From Arenicellales bacterium (GTDB lineage Bacteria; Pseudomonadota; Gammaproteobacteria; Arenicellales; JAANXG01): a DNA stretch of 64,000 bases. The stretch is taken from contig OZ244194.1 of the NCBI GenBank assembly GCA_965216665.1, positions 3,611,129 through 3,675,128 of the forward strand, given 5' to 3'. Position numbers and translations under genes: made by a program. The notes below the pieces were generated by a model that saw only the letters and a list, made by a program, of their open reading frames with translations, did not search any database and was not told the origin of the DNA. This document shows positions 1 through 9,786 of the stretch, one piece after another; the first letter of the stretch is position 1; each line of letters begins with the position of its first letter.

Positions 1-159
1 CGCGAACACGGTCGTCTCCGGACAACTGGGCGAGTGGATTTCCCTGGGCGGAGCGACGCAGACGCAACAACACCGCCAACGGGGAATTCTGTCCGGGTCG
101 CGGACCAATACCGGCCGCCAAACCGGCATTCAAGTCAAGGTCGAGGTCGTAGACTGAGT
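1..159 (+). CDS. 3' end of an upstream gene (partial, product unknown)
   Basis: Open frame runs from the window edge to TGA at ~157-159 (…GIQVKVEVVD*); GC3-rich; no start is visible in the window. Confidence 0.25.
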
Positions 160-178
160 TCGGGGATCGGTTAAGACT

Positions 179-547
179 CTAATCATCGCTTGGTGGTGCA
201 AGCCTTACACAAGCGACGATCAACCTCGACACGTACGCGGATACATCGCGCGACTCTAAGCGATCCCCAGCTTTTATAACGGCTGCGATTCTGGCCTTTA
301 GGTTTTCTTTATGGGTTCGTGTGGGATACTCGTCTATACCCGTTAGCTGGTGAATATCAGGGGAGACGTTCGGGTCCGGGTTGAACCCCAGCTGACTTTC
401 ATCCACCTGCTCCAAGAGTTGAAGAGCTCTCTCTAAATCGGCCAAAAGACGGGTATTTGTCATTTGTCGTACTAAGCCCTTAGTGAGTGGAGAATCGTTG
501 AAATGAAAGAAAGCGCTAGTTTTATCCAAAACCACTAACCGAAGCAA
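179..547 (-). CDS. hypothetical protein (orphan, low-GC)
   Basis: 122-aa ORF in a stretch markedly lower in GC than its surroundings (~170-560). No recognisable motif. Confidence 0.4.
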   Translation of the reverse strand: MLRLVVLDKTSAFFHFNDSPLTKGLVRQMTNTRLLADLERALQLLEQVDESQLGFNPDPNVSPDIHQLTGIDEYPTRTHKENLKARIAAVIKAGDRLESRDVSAYVSRLIVACVRLAPPSDD

Positions 548-1006
548 TCCTGGGCGAGGAAAATCGCTCTGGGCCGTACTCGAACTTGCATAGGTGCGAC
601 ATCGTGCCCTCAGAATACAGCTGAAAAATGTAGACTCGGTTTCTGGCTGTCTGCGTCACGGTGACTTCGATCTGCTACGTCGAATTTTCCAACCAGACGC
701 AGCGCCCGCCCGAGACTTGCTGCAAGGCCTGATCGCCGTTGATCTCTCCGGTCGCACTTGTTGGAGGAATAGTATCGATCGCCTCTCCGGTTGGACGGCG
801 CGCCCGGGATTGTTCTTGCCCCGTAGTGCGCCACAAACGCCATACCCGCGCTCGCGGGGGATTTTTCACAGACATCGCGTATCTCGGTATGTCACGATCA
901 CGCGCTGTTCGTGTTCCGCGCGCGGCTGCCGGTGGGACTCGGTTATCCCGGGCAGTTGCTCAAAGGGCCGCGCGATGTGGCGCGCTATGCCCCGAGGGAG
1001 GAGACC

Positions 1007-4000
1007 ATGTGCGAATCCACGTTGTGGAGACCCTGTTGCCGGTCGGTGACCGTCGCCGCGCTGGTGTTCGCGTTTCAGCTCCCCATCGCCTACGCCCAGG
1101 ACGCGCCTGCTGCAGTAGCGGTGGACCGCAAGATTCTCGCCGACAACGGCGTTGAAGGCGACCAGTTTGGCGCCGCGGTCGCGGTGGACGGTGGCGTGAT
1201 GGTGATCGCGGCCCCCAACGCCGGGAGCGGTGAAGGGGGGACATCAGGCCTGGTCTACGTCTATCTGCGCGACGCGGACACGGGTGAGTGGCGCGAGCAC
1301 CAGCAGTTGGTCCCGTCGCAAGGGCACTTCGAGGACAACTTCCTCGACATGACGCTGGTCGTACGCGGCACCACCATCGTGGTGGGCGCACCGTATGCCG
1401 ATATCGATCGGTTCCAGGAAGGCGCGGTGTACGTGTTCGAGTCCGACGCGGACGGAAACTGGGCGCAAACCGCGAGACTCGTCAACGCCGGCGTCGGTTC
1501 CAACGGCCACTTCGGCACCAGTGTGGCGCTGGACGGCGACCTGCTGGCCGTGGGGTCGCCGCAGGAAAGTCTGGATCGTCACGGGCGTGTGGATGTCTTC
1601 GAGCGCCACCGGGGCGGTGAGAATCAATGGGGTCACGTCGCCACGTTGCACGGCTACGCCAACTTCGTCAGTGCCGTCGACGATGCCGGCTACGCGCGGA
1701 ACTTCGGCAGCGCGGTATTGTTGCAGGGCGATCAGCTGATCGTCGGTTCGTCGCGCACGTCGGTGAGTTTCACCAACATGAATGACGGCGCCGCGTATGT
1801 GTTCCGGCGCAGCGCCGAGGACCCGGATCAGTGGGACTATATGAGCCGTATCATCGCGCCGGGCGCCGATCAATGCGTCAACGGATTGAAGCTGTCGGAG
1901 TTTTCTCTCGGCAGTACCGCCGAGGAGCGCATCGAGGCACAGCGCTGCGCCTCGGAGGATATCAATACCCGTCACGACGGTTTTGGCGAGGTCGTGGCGT
2001 TACACCAGGACCTGCTTGCCGTTGGGGCACCCACCGCCGAACAGGCGGACTCCGATGATCTGGTCGGCGCAGTGTATCTTTTCGGGCGCGACAGCGAGGA
2101 CCCGTACCAGTGGAATTTCGTGCGTAAACTGCAGGAGAGCGACATCTCGTGGGGCGCAAACTTCGGCAGCGCGCTGGCTTTGTCGGACGACACCCTGCTA
2201 GTCGGCGCGTTTTACGAGACGGTAAGCGACGCGCGTCATCAAGGCGCGGCCTACGTGTTCCACCGCAACACCGGCGGCCCGGACGCTTGGGGGAAAACCG
2301 AAAAACTCACCGGCACCGATGGTTTGGACGGCACGAACTTCGGGGAGTCGGTGGCGCTTTCCGAAAACCTCAACCTGGTCGGCGCGCACGGTTACTTGGG
2401 CAGGCGCGGCGCGGTGTATCTGCACGAGTCGGAGGTACCGGCTGGGCCGGATGATCCTTGTTCACCGTCATTCACGAGCACCAGCGATCTCGCGGAAACG
2501 GGCGTCGTCACGCACGCCTCCGGCGTGCAGCTCGGCGCCACACAGGTGGGTGCCGCCGGCGCTGCGGCGGTCTGGGTACACGAGGTGCCCCCACCCGCTG
2601 AACCGTTGTTCGAGAACGCCCAAGTGCTGAGCGCCTTTTATAATGTCGGCGCCGAATGCGAAACCGTCGCGCCCTTGGATGCACCGTTCGTCGTCGCCCT
2701 GCCGGTGCCCGACGATGCCGACCCCGCCACACTCGGGGTTGCGGTGCTGGCGCCGGAAGGCACGTTGGTGGATGGGCCGGAGGCCGGACGTTTCTGGCTG
2801 CCGGTGACCGGCAGCCACGATGCCGAGGCGCGCCTGTATATGATTGTGTTGGGCGCGCTGCCGGAGACCGGCTACACCCTGGTCTTGATTGCGCAACCCG
2901 ATCTGCAACCCGTTGAGGCGGCGCACTCCGGCGTGGCGACCGAAAGTGTCGATGACACGATTTTTGTCGTGCAGTGTTTCGGATTCTCAAGCGGTTGCGA
3001 TGCGGCGGAAGAGGAACATGTCGCGGCGAAGCTCAAGGATGCCTACCGTCGATTCGACGGGCAGGGGTTTCCGCCGCCGGCGCTGGACGACGAGACGATC
3101 ATTTTCATTCCGACGTCGGGTTTCCAGGCGATCACGACGCGGCCGGCGTTCAAACAGATCTACATTCGTGCCAAGACCGATCCAGTCTGTATCCTTGAAG
3201 GATCCGTGTTGGGATTCTACGACCCGTACATTGGCGGCGGCACCCTAACGCTGTGTATCGATCCGGCGGTGGGACTCCCCCCGGACGATGAATTGGCAAG
3301 AACCGTTTCCCATGAATTGTTTCATGCGGTTCAGTTTGCGTACGACCAGGTTCGCGGCAAGCCGTATAGCGACTGGGTGGTCGAGGGTATGGCGGAGGTG
3401 GCGGTCGAATCCGAGGACGCGGTGTTTCGAACGACCGACCGTGACCTGCGCAGTGTCAGTGAACGCTTGACGCACAAGCGCATCGAAAACGGGAGCAGCT
3501 CGGTACTGCCCTACGAAGCGCAGGATTTCTGGGTGCACCTGTTGCGCTCCACCAACGCCTCCGGCATCAAACGCAATTTCAATCTGGGCGTGCTGGATAC
3601 GTTTTTGCAGGAAGGCGCGACCACCGATTCGGTGGCGCGGTCTCTGGCGGATCCCACCGATCTCGCGTTCGACGATCTGGGCCGCGAATACTGGGCGTGG
3701 GTGAAGAATCAGGCAGTGGAGAAGACCGACGTGACGCTGGACGGCGTGCTGCAAGACCCCTGTCGCCTCGAAGGCGGGCTGGTCACCACGCCGGTCCAAT
3801 TTACCTATCCCGAAGACGACCAGGGTTACGGTTCGCTGTTGGGACTGCAGTCCGAGCTCGTCAAGATTACCTTTTCCGATCCGGAGAATCCGGAGGCACC
3901 GTTCGATGGTGTCCGCGTTTACGCCGAGGGGAAAGACATTAAATATAAGGTGTACCTGGCCCAGGACGTGGATACCGATCCGCTGCTCCTGGAGCAGGCG

Positions 4001-4156
4001 TGCACGGAAATCCCGGACGGCGACGAACTGGGGCGGAGCTTCGAATCCTTGCCGCCGAACGCGACCGTGTACGTGCTCGTGTCGCAGACATCCCACGACG
4101 AGGAGCGCGTGCCGCCCTTTTACCGGGTCGCAGTGGATCGCGAAGCCGCGCCGTGA
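1007..4156 (+). CDS. secreted FG-GAP repeat (integrin-alpha-like beta-propeller) protein with C-terminal HExxH zincin-like domain
   Basis: ATG at 1007 preceded by GGGAGGAG. N-terminal signal peptide (VAALVFAFQLPIAYAQDA). Repeated FG-GAP-like units (FGAAVAVDGGVMVIAAPNAGSGEG…VYVY; FGTSVALDGDLLAVGSP; FGSALALSDDTLLVGA). C-terminal HELFHAVQF (HExxH) with a downstream E. Confidence 0.8.
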   Translation: MCESTLWRPCCRSVTVAALVFAFQLPIAYAQDAPAAVAVDRKILADNGVEGDQFGAAVAVDGGVMVIAAPNAGSGEGGTSGLVYVYLRDADTGEWREHQQLVPSQGHFEDNFLDMTLVVRGTTIVVGAPYADIDRFQEGAVYVFESDADGNWAQTARLVNAGVGSNGHFGTSVALDGDLLAVGSPQESLDRHGRVDVFERHRGGENQWGHVATLHGYANFVSAVDDAGYARNFGSAVLLQGDQLIVGSSRTSVSFTNMNDGAAYVFRRSAEDPDQWDYMSRIIAPGADQCVNGLKLSEFSLGSTAEERIEAQRCASEDINTRHDGFGEVVALHQDLLAVGAPTAEQADSDDLVGAVYLFGRDSEDPYQWNFVRKLQESDISWGANFGSALALSDDTLLVGAFYETVSDARHQGAAYVFHRNTGGPDAWGKTEKLTGTDGLDGTNFGESVALSENLNLVGAHGYLGRRGAVYLHESEVPAGPDDPCSPSFTSTSDLAETGVVTHASGVQLGATQVGAAGAAAVWVHEVPPPAEPLFENAQVLSAFYNVGAECETVAPLDAPFVVALPVPDDADPATLGVAVLAPEGTLVDGPEAGRFWLPVTGSHDAEARLYMIVLGALPETGYTLVLIAQPDLQPVEAAHSGVATESVDDTIFVVQCFGFSSGCDAAEEEHVAAKLKDAYRRFDGQGFPPPALDDETIIFIPTSGFQAITTRPAFKQIYIRAKTDPVCILEGSVLGFYDPYIGGGTLTLCIDPAVGLPPDDELARTVSHELFHAVQFAYDQVRGKPYSDWVVEGMAEVAVESEDAVFRTTDRDLRSVSERLTHKRIENGSSSVLPYEAQDFWVHLLRSTNASGIKRNFNLGVLDTFLQEGATTDSVARSLADPTDLAFDDLGREYWAWVKNQAVEKTDVTLDGVLQDPCRLEGGLVTTPVQFTYPEDDQGYGSLLGLQSELVKITFSDPENPEAPFDGVRVYAEGKDIKYKVYLAQDVDTDPLLLEQACTEIPDGDELGRSFESLPPNATVYVLVSQTSHDEERVPPFYRVAVDREAAP

Positions 4157-4545
4157 ACCCGGCGATCCCGGGGGCTCGGCCTGGCGGGCGCTGCCAACCG
4201 GGATTCGCCCTGGCGCGGAATGCGTGTCGGGCGCCTTCCGTTCATCGAAGAACCCGCCCGCGGAATGGACCGCCCTACTCGCCGATCGCCGTGTAGCGTC
4301 CCGACTCTCGTGTCCCGTGTAATGACCCGGTTCGTCAAGAGACGCCTGCTTGCCATTTTCCGCCACGAGTTTCATCATGCCCAGTGTTCCCGGTATACGT
4401 GAGATCCGCGGCAGGCGGCATCACCTGTTATCCAGTGATTCACCACTTGTCAGACGGATAAGGAGAGATAGATTTAACGAAAACCGTTTTCGTCGAGACT
4501 GACCGTTAATCAGTAAGCGATTCTCCATTGACAGGAGGCTTAAGC

Positions 4546-5043
4546 ATGGCGAAGAGAAAACCGACGCGTAAGAAAGGTAAACTGATCAGGTCTGACCCCT
4601 TGGAAATCCGTGTTCCGTTGACGGGGCCGGTAGAACGAGCCGCCATTGCGCCTGAACACTTCGATTGCTGTCTGCCGTCACCGCCGCACCCGCTCATTAC
4701 TTTCCTCGAAGACAACCTTCGAGGAAACAACCTCGAAATAAAGATCCATGCCCTCGATCCCTGCGGCATCACTGAGGTTTGGGTATACGTATACGATTTG
4801 GTCGCTGTGACGCTCGAGGATGGGAGCACCTTCCAGCGCCCGGAAGCGATTCTCCTTCCGGACGGCGGGTGGATTGGGGAACAAAAAATCTACAATCCGG
4901 CGACTAAAGAAGTTCCGCCCCGCACCGTGTTTCGCATACCCGTCGACCATCTCTGGGGCCGGACGTTCGGGATCATGGTGGTCGTCAAGACCGTTTGTGG
5001 TCGCGAGGCGTCGGTGCGCAGGGGCAATCGTGCCCTGGTCTAA
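4546..5043 (+). CDS. hypothetical protein (basic N-terminus, MAKRKPTRKKGK)
   Basis: ATG at 4546 with AGGAGG 8 nt upstream. Preceded by a low-GC leader (4380-4545). GC of the gene is lower than the genome background. Confidence 0.55.
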   Translation: MAKRKPTRKKGKLIRSDPLEIRVPLTGPVERAAIAPEHFDCCLPSPPHPLITFLEDNLRGNNLEIKIHALDPCGITEVWVYVYDLVAVTLEDGSTFQRPEAILLPDGGWIGEQKIYNPATKEVPPRTVFRIPVDHLWGRTFGIMVVVKTVCGREASVRRGNRALV

Positions 5044-5364
5044 CCGGCCCTGATCCCGCGGGTTCGGTAACGGGCTGACCGAGCCGCTCGCCGAATCAGT
5101 CGCGGCGAGGGTCGAGGTCGCGACTTCCCGGTATGCCGCGGGTAGGCAACCGGCGGGCCGGCTGCGCGGTCGCGACGCAGATAACCTATTGACTATTAGG
5201 AATTTACCGGATTAGCGCTGCTCTCAATGGCGGCGCCGGTGGGGCGAGCCCATGGGGACATGATCGGAATTCCCCCATGAACCTTCGCGTCTCCCGCCAC
5301 GACCCATAGCCATGGGAAAGACACAATATTGAACAAGTTTGCCCGACCACTGGGGAGGAGACTC

Positions 5365-6573
5365 ATGGCCAGAAAATCCATCACCAAGATCAACCTGGGA
5401 TACGGCGTTTCGATCCTCGCCCTTGTCGGCCTGCCGTGCGGGTTCTGCGGACCTGCCCAGGCCGCGCCGGCGTCGGTGCCGACGGGCAAACCCGCCGTAC
5501 TTGACCAGGCCCAACGTAAAAATATCGCTCTGCAAACGCGTACCCATCGGCGCGTCGCTGCCAAGGAGGCCCGTTGGCGAAGCACGCGAGCCGGTGGAGC
5601 GCGGTCGCACACCGGTTCCCCGAGCGAACGGGTCCAGGCCGCCGGCGGCGTGGCCCTCGGAAGCGCGCGCCCGCGTGTCCACCGCGTAGAAACCCCGAGT
5701 AGGGGGACACCCGGCAAAGCCACGCACGGGCAGGCTGTTGGTCACACTCGGCAGGAGCGACCCCGGATGGCGCACAACACGGTCAAGATCCTCAACAGCG
5801 CACGATCGTCATCCGCCACGCTGCGCGGCACCGCTCGGCGCGAGTCGGTGCATGAGCGGATGCGCCGCGGCAGGCCCGCGGGTGGCAAGCCCGGCTATTT
5901 CAAGTACAAGCTGGAAAGGGCCACGGTGAAGTCGTGGTCGACCAGCGGTGCGGCGGACTCTCGTCCTGCGACCCGATATACCGGTTCTTGGTACACCCGA
6001 TTCGTCACCCACACGATCAAAGCGGCCGACGAACCCGCGCTGTTCGAGATCGGTCTGGGAGGGGCGGATACCCCGGCCGCGTCCCAGATGCGGGGCGGTA
6101 AGAAAAAGTCGCAAACGAAAGGAGAGGGTGGCCGCCATACGCCGTTTTTCGGCAACTACCGCCCCCAGTTCTATTTGCGCACGGGCCGCGTCGCCCCGGA
6201 TAACGAGGGCGAGGCGGGTACATACCACGCCAAATTTTTTCTCCGCCCCCACTACCAACTGGAACGGGTCAATCACAACGGCGTTCTGACAAGTGGATCC
6301 CGGTCTACGCGTAACGCGATGGTCACCAAGCCCAGGATTCTGATTCTCGACGAGCCGGCCCCGGCGCGAGACGCTGGCTTCGGCCACTCGGTCAGGAGAC
6401 CGCACAATTTCGCTGTTCACGGGACAGACAATGCCGCCACCGATGGGTACGTGTCGAGCGTGGACATGTTGCCGGGCACGATCAGTGATGGGGGCTCGGG
6501 CGGTACTGACGATCCGGGCGGTACGGGTCACGCACCCTGCCCCAACCCCCTGGATCATGCGCCTGGCTGTTAG
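5365..6573 (+). CDS. hypothetical secreted protein, Arg/Gly/Thr-rich, low complexity
   Basis: ATG at 5365 after GGGGAGGAG. Signal peptide (ILALVGLPCGFCGPAQA). Strong GC3 bias in this frame, not in the antisense ORFs. No recognisable domain. Confidence 0.5.
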   Translation: MARKSITKINLGYGVSILALVGLPCGFCGPAQAAPASVPTGKPAVLDQAQRKNIALQTRTHRRVAAKEARWRSTRAGGARSHTGSPSERVQAAGGVALGSARPRVHRVETPSRGTPGKATHGQAVGHTRQERPRMAHNTVKILNSARSSSATLRGTARRESVHERMRRGRPAGGKPGYFKYKLERATVKSWSTSGAADSRPATRYTGSWYTRFVTHTIKAADEPALFEIGLGGADTPAASQMRGGKKKSQTKGEGGRHTPFFGNYRPQFYLRTGRVAPDNEGEAGTYHAKFFLRPHYQLERVNHNGVLTSGSRSTRNAMVTKPRILILDEPAPARDAGFGHSVRRPHNFAVHGTDNAATDGYVSSVDMLPGTISDGGSGGTDDPGGTGHAPCPNPLDHAPGC

Positions 6574-6694
6574 CGGCTAGGGAACGGGCGCGCGGACGTT
6601 CCCGACCGCACGGCGCGCCGCTGCGCCCGGTTTGCGGGCGGCGATGGAGTTGCTCTAAGCTTGACGGTCGTCGCCCTCGTCCGGTTGAGCCACC

Positions 6695-7759
6695 ATGAGC
6701 GATGCCAAGCGCAGTCTTTACGTCGATGAACAACGCCGTAACACGTTGAAAGCGTTGGGTTTCGGTGCCGCGGCCATCGCCGCGCACGGTGTATTCCCCG
6801 CCGCCGCACGGGGCGACACCGCCGCCCTCATTATGAAAACCATCCCCCATACCGGAGAGGAGGTGCCGGCCATCGGCCTGGGCACCCACATGGCATTCGA
6901 CGTCAAACCCGGCAAACCGCGCGACCATTTGAAGGAAGTGATCAGGGTGTTCTACGAAGGCGGGGGGCGGCTCATCGACACGTCTCCACTTTATGGACTT
7001 GCCGAGGTCACGATCGGCGACCACGCCGAGGCGCTCGGCATTAATTCCGAGCTGTTCATCGCCGACAAGATCTGGGCCACCGGAGAATGGCTCGGTGATG
7101 ACAGTCACGCGCAACGCCAGCTCCAACGCTCGATGGAACGGTTATGGCGCGATCAGTTCGACCTGATGCAGTGCCACAGCCTGGTGAATGCACGCACCGT
7201 CATTCGCGTGATGGAGAACTGGAGGAAAGATGGTCTGATTCGCTACTTGGGCGTCACCCACCATCAGCCTGCCTACTTTCCGCTGATTGCACCGTGGGTG
7301 GAGAAAGGTGTTCTCGATTTTGTACAGGTGCGGTATTCCTTGGCCACGCGCGACGCCGAGAAACGTATCTTGCCCGCTGCGCTGGACACCGGTACCGCGG
7401 TCATCGCCAATATGCCGTTCGAGAAAGCACGGTTGTTCAAAATCACCAAAGGAGTACCGCTACCGGATTTCGCCGCCGAGATCGGGTGCGAGACCTGGGC
7501 ACAGTTCTTTCTCAAATGGATCGTTTCACACCCGGCGCTCACGTGTGCGATTCCCGCAACCACGAACCCGAAACATCAGGCCGACAACATCGCTGCGCTG
7601 AAAGGTCCATTACCCGACGCAGAGATGCGCGACCGCATGCTCGCGCACATGCAGACCATCCCCGAGTTCGAGCAGGTGACCGGGATGCCGGTGTATCCGG
7701 GAAAAACATTCGATGGCGTGGTGAGGCGCGGCGGGCCGCCTCCGCCAAAGAAGCCTTAG
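6695..7759 (+). CDS. aldo/keto reductase family oxidoreductase with Tat signal
   Basis: Twin-arginine motif (QRRNTLKALGFGAAAIAA). AKR signatures (GLGTHMAF…, LIDTSPLYG…, IRYLGVTHH). Confidence 0.85.
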   Translation: MSDAKRSLYVDEQRRNTLKALGFGAAAIAAHGVFPAAARGDTAALIMKTIPHTGEEVPAIGLGTHMAFDVKPGKPRDHLKEVIRVFYEGGGRLIDTSPLYGLAEVTIGDHAEALGINSELFIADKIWATGEWLGDDSHAQRQLQRSMERLWRDQFDLMQCHSLVNARTVIRVMENWRKDGLIRYLGVTHHQPAYFPLIAPWVEKGVLDFVQVRYSLATRDAEKRILPAALDTGTAVIANMPFEKARLFKITKGVPLPDFAAEIGCETWAQFFLKWIVSHPALTCAIPATTNPKHQADNIAALKGPLPDAEMRDRMLAHMQTIPEFEQVTGMPVYPGKTFDGVVRRGGPPPPKKP

Positions 7760-7897
7760 CGCGACGTGTTTCGTTTTCTGCCGCGCGACATTCGGTACCG
7801 GAGAGGGCGCGTATCTTTTCAGCGCAACAAGGGCTGGTGACTCGGCGGTATAGGTACTTTCAAATTCGTGCGATTATTTTTGAACAGGAGTGGGTAA

Positions 7898-8275
7898 ATG
7901 AGCAGCGAAACCACAAACACGAGCGATCGTCACATGATCGAGAAAACCGTGCAATACTACATCGATGGCGCGCGGTCCGGAAAAGGGGACGATATGAAAC
8001 CGGCATTCTATGCCGATGCAACGATATTCGGTTATATCGGTGATGATCTCTTCGCCGGGCCAATTCAAAAGTTGTTTGACTGGAACGACCAAAATGGTGC
8101 GGCGACTGAACTCGAGGCACGGATCGCAAATGTTGATATCGAGGGAAGTATTGCCACAGTTCGCCTTGAACTGGATAACTGGACCGGACACAAATTTACG
8201 GATTTTTTTACCCTGCTCAAAGTCGATGGCGCGTGGAAGATCATGAACAAGGTCTTCCATTTGCACGCAGGATAG
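7898..8275 (+). CDS. NTF2-like / SnoaL-like (putative lumazine-binding) small protein
   Basis: 125 aa. YYIDGARSGKGDDMKPAFYADATIFGY…VDGAWKI pattern typical of NTF2-fold DUF proteins. Confidence 0.55.
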   Translation: MSSETTNTSDRHMIEKTVQYYIDGARSGKGDDMKPAFYADATIFGYIGDDLFAGPIQKLFDWNDQNGAATELEARIANVDIEGSIATVRLELDNWTGHKFTDFFTLLKVDGAWKIMNKVFHLHAG

Positions 8276-8434
8276 GCGTCTGGCACGCAGGTGCATTGTA
8301 CGATCACCACCGTAAAGCCGTATTGTATTACGTTTGCGATCGTCTAGCGCCTAATGATCTCACTGCCCGTGGGCGGCGGTGCCGCCAGCGGCCGAGGTGC
8401 GTTTTTTGAACTCAACAACCTCACGGAGGACAAC

Positions 8435-8677
8435 ATGCCACTGAAGAAGCCACTCATTCGCCTCGCTACACTCCTATTGATACTGTGTCTAAACCCTGCC
8501 GTGTCGGCGGAAGAGAAAGTGAACGTAGTCGGTATGACGGGTGATAAGGACGCCGTCTGGATCGCGACCAGCAACAACAAGCTCATCTATTGCTGGTGGC
8601 CGCAAGATCCCTCACGGCTCGACCGCCGTGCGCAGTGTCGTGTGCTGGATAAATTGGGTGTCGATCGGTTGCAGTAA
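8435..8677 (+). CDS. small secreted protein (80 aa, two Cys)
   Basis: ATG at 8435 after GGAGGA. Signal peptide LIRLATLLLILCLNPAVSA. Low-GC neighbourhood. Confidence 0.45.
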   Translation: MPLKKPLIRLATLLLILCLNPAVSAEEKVNVVGMTGDKDAVWIATSNNKLIYCWWPQDPSRLDRRAQCRVLDKLGVDRLQ

Positions 8678-9040
8678 CAGCGACCGCCGACCTTGTACAA
8701 AGGCACGCTCGTGGCTGACCGGTGGCGCTTATGTGTTTCCGGGTTCAAAGTTATTGGCGATGTCATCTCACTCACCGCTCGTGTTGGCGGACGTCTCGAT
8801 GGTACAAGTGGCGACCAAAGACGGTTCGATCGGCGGGGAGAGCACCATGGAGGCCTGCGTTCGATTCCTCGAACGTATACGGCTCTAAACGCAGCAATGC
8901 TCGTGGATTGGTACCATGAGCACGTGCCAGCCGATCCCGCGCTATCTAACGAAATCGGATCGTTGCCGCAACCATTGGGTCGAAACAAGAAGAACTCTAT
9001 ACTTGTCCATAAGTCATCAAATAACAATCGGAGGTGGCTG

Positions 9041-9601
9041 ATGAGGGTGCGTACATACCTGGGCGTAAGCGTATTGGCCCTCGCCGTTACTTTGTTGTCG
9101 TCGATCGTCACGGAACGCGCCATCGCGGCTTCGGCCGAGGAGATCGACATCAAAGTCGATGCGGCGCTCGCGCGGTTCAAGAAAGAAGTATCTGGAGCGA
9201 GCGAGTTCCTGCAGAGGGCGCTGGGTGTCCTGGTATTTCCGAGCGTCATCAAGGCCGGTCTCGGTATCGGCGGCGAGTACGGCGAGGGGGCGCTGCGGAT
9301 CGGTGGCAGCAGCGTGGAGTATTACAGTACCGCCGCCGCCTCCATCGGTTTCCAGATCGGCGCCCAATCCAAAACAGTCGTGCTGGTGTTCTTGGAGCAG
9401 CCGGCGCTTGAAAACTTCCGCAGCAGCAGCGGTTGGAAAGCCGGTGTCGACGGATCGATCGCGGTGGTGAAATGGGGCGTGGGTGAGGATATCAACACCA
9501 TCGATATCGAAGACCCGATCGTCGGCTTCGTATTCAGCAACAAGGGATTGATGTACAACCTGACTCTGGAAGGTTCGAAGTTCACCAAGCTCGATCGCTG
9601 A
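9041..9601 (+). CDS. SYLF (DUF500/Ysc84-like) lipid-binding domain protein
   Basis: ATG 9041 after GGAGGTGG. Signal peptide. Motifs GLGIGGEYGEGALRI…IGFQIGAQSKTVVLVFLEQPALENFRSSSGWKAGVDGSIAV match the SYLF domain consensus. Confidence 0.75.
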   Translation: MRVRTYLGVSVLALAVTLLSSIVTERAIAASAEEIDIKVDAALARFKKEVSGASEFLQRALGVLVFPSVIKAGLGIGGEYGEGALRIGGSSVEYYSTAAASIGFQIGAQSKTVVLVFLEQPALENFRSSSGWKAGVDGSIAVVKWGVGEDINTIDIEDPIVGFVFSNKGLMYNLTLEGSKFTKLDR

Positions 9602-9690
9602 TTTTCACGAGACCTGGATTTGGGACGTCTCCACGGCTCAGCGCCGCTGCGGTCAACGGTTTAAAGACTTACCCGATACGGCGCGGCGCT

Positions 9691-9717
9691 GATCCCCCGC
9701 CTGTGCGGCGGGGGATC
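9691..9717. terminator. GC-rich hairpin between convergent genes (candidate bidirectional terminator)
   Basis: gatcccccgcc-tgtgc-ggcgggggatc, an 11-bp perfect stem. Lies between the SYLF gene (+) and ggt (-). Confidence 0.4.
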
Positions 9718-9786
9718 GATTTACGAAGGTTTAGAACGGGCATCGTCGTTCGCCGTTCCTTAAGACCGCGGCGCAGGGACCGGCCT

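Noticed and set aside
3245-4378. 377-aa minus-strand ORF inside the FG-GAP/HExxH gene
   Set aside because: Antisense to a well-supported gene. Poor codon-position GC pattern.
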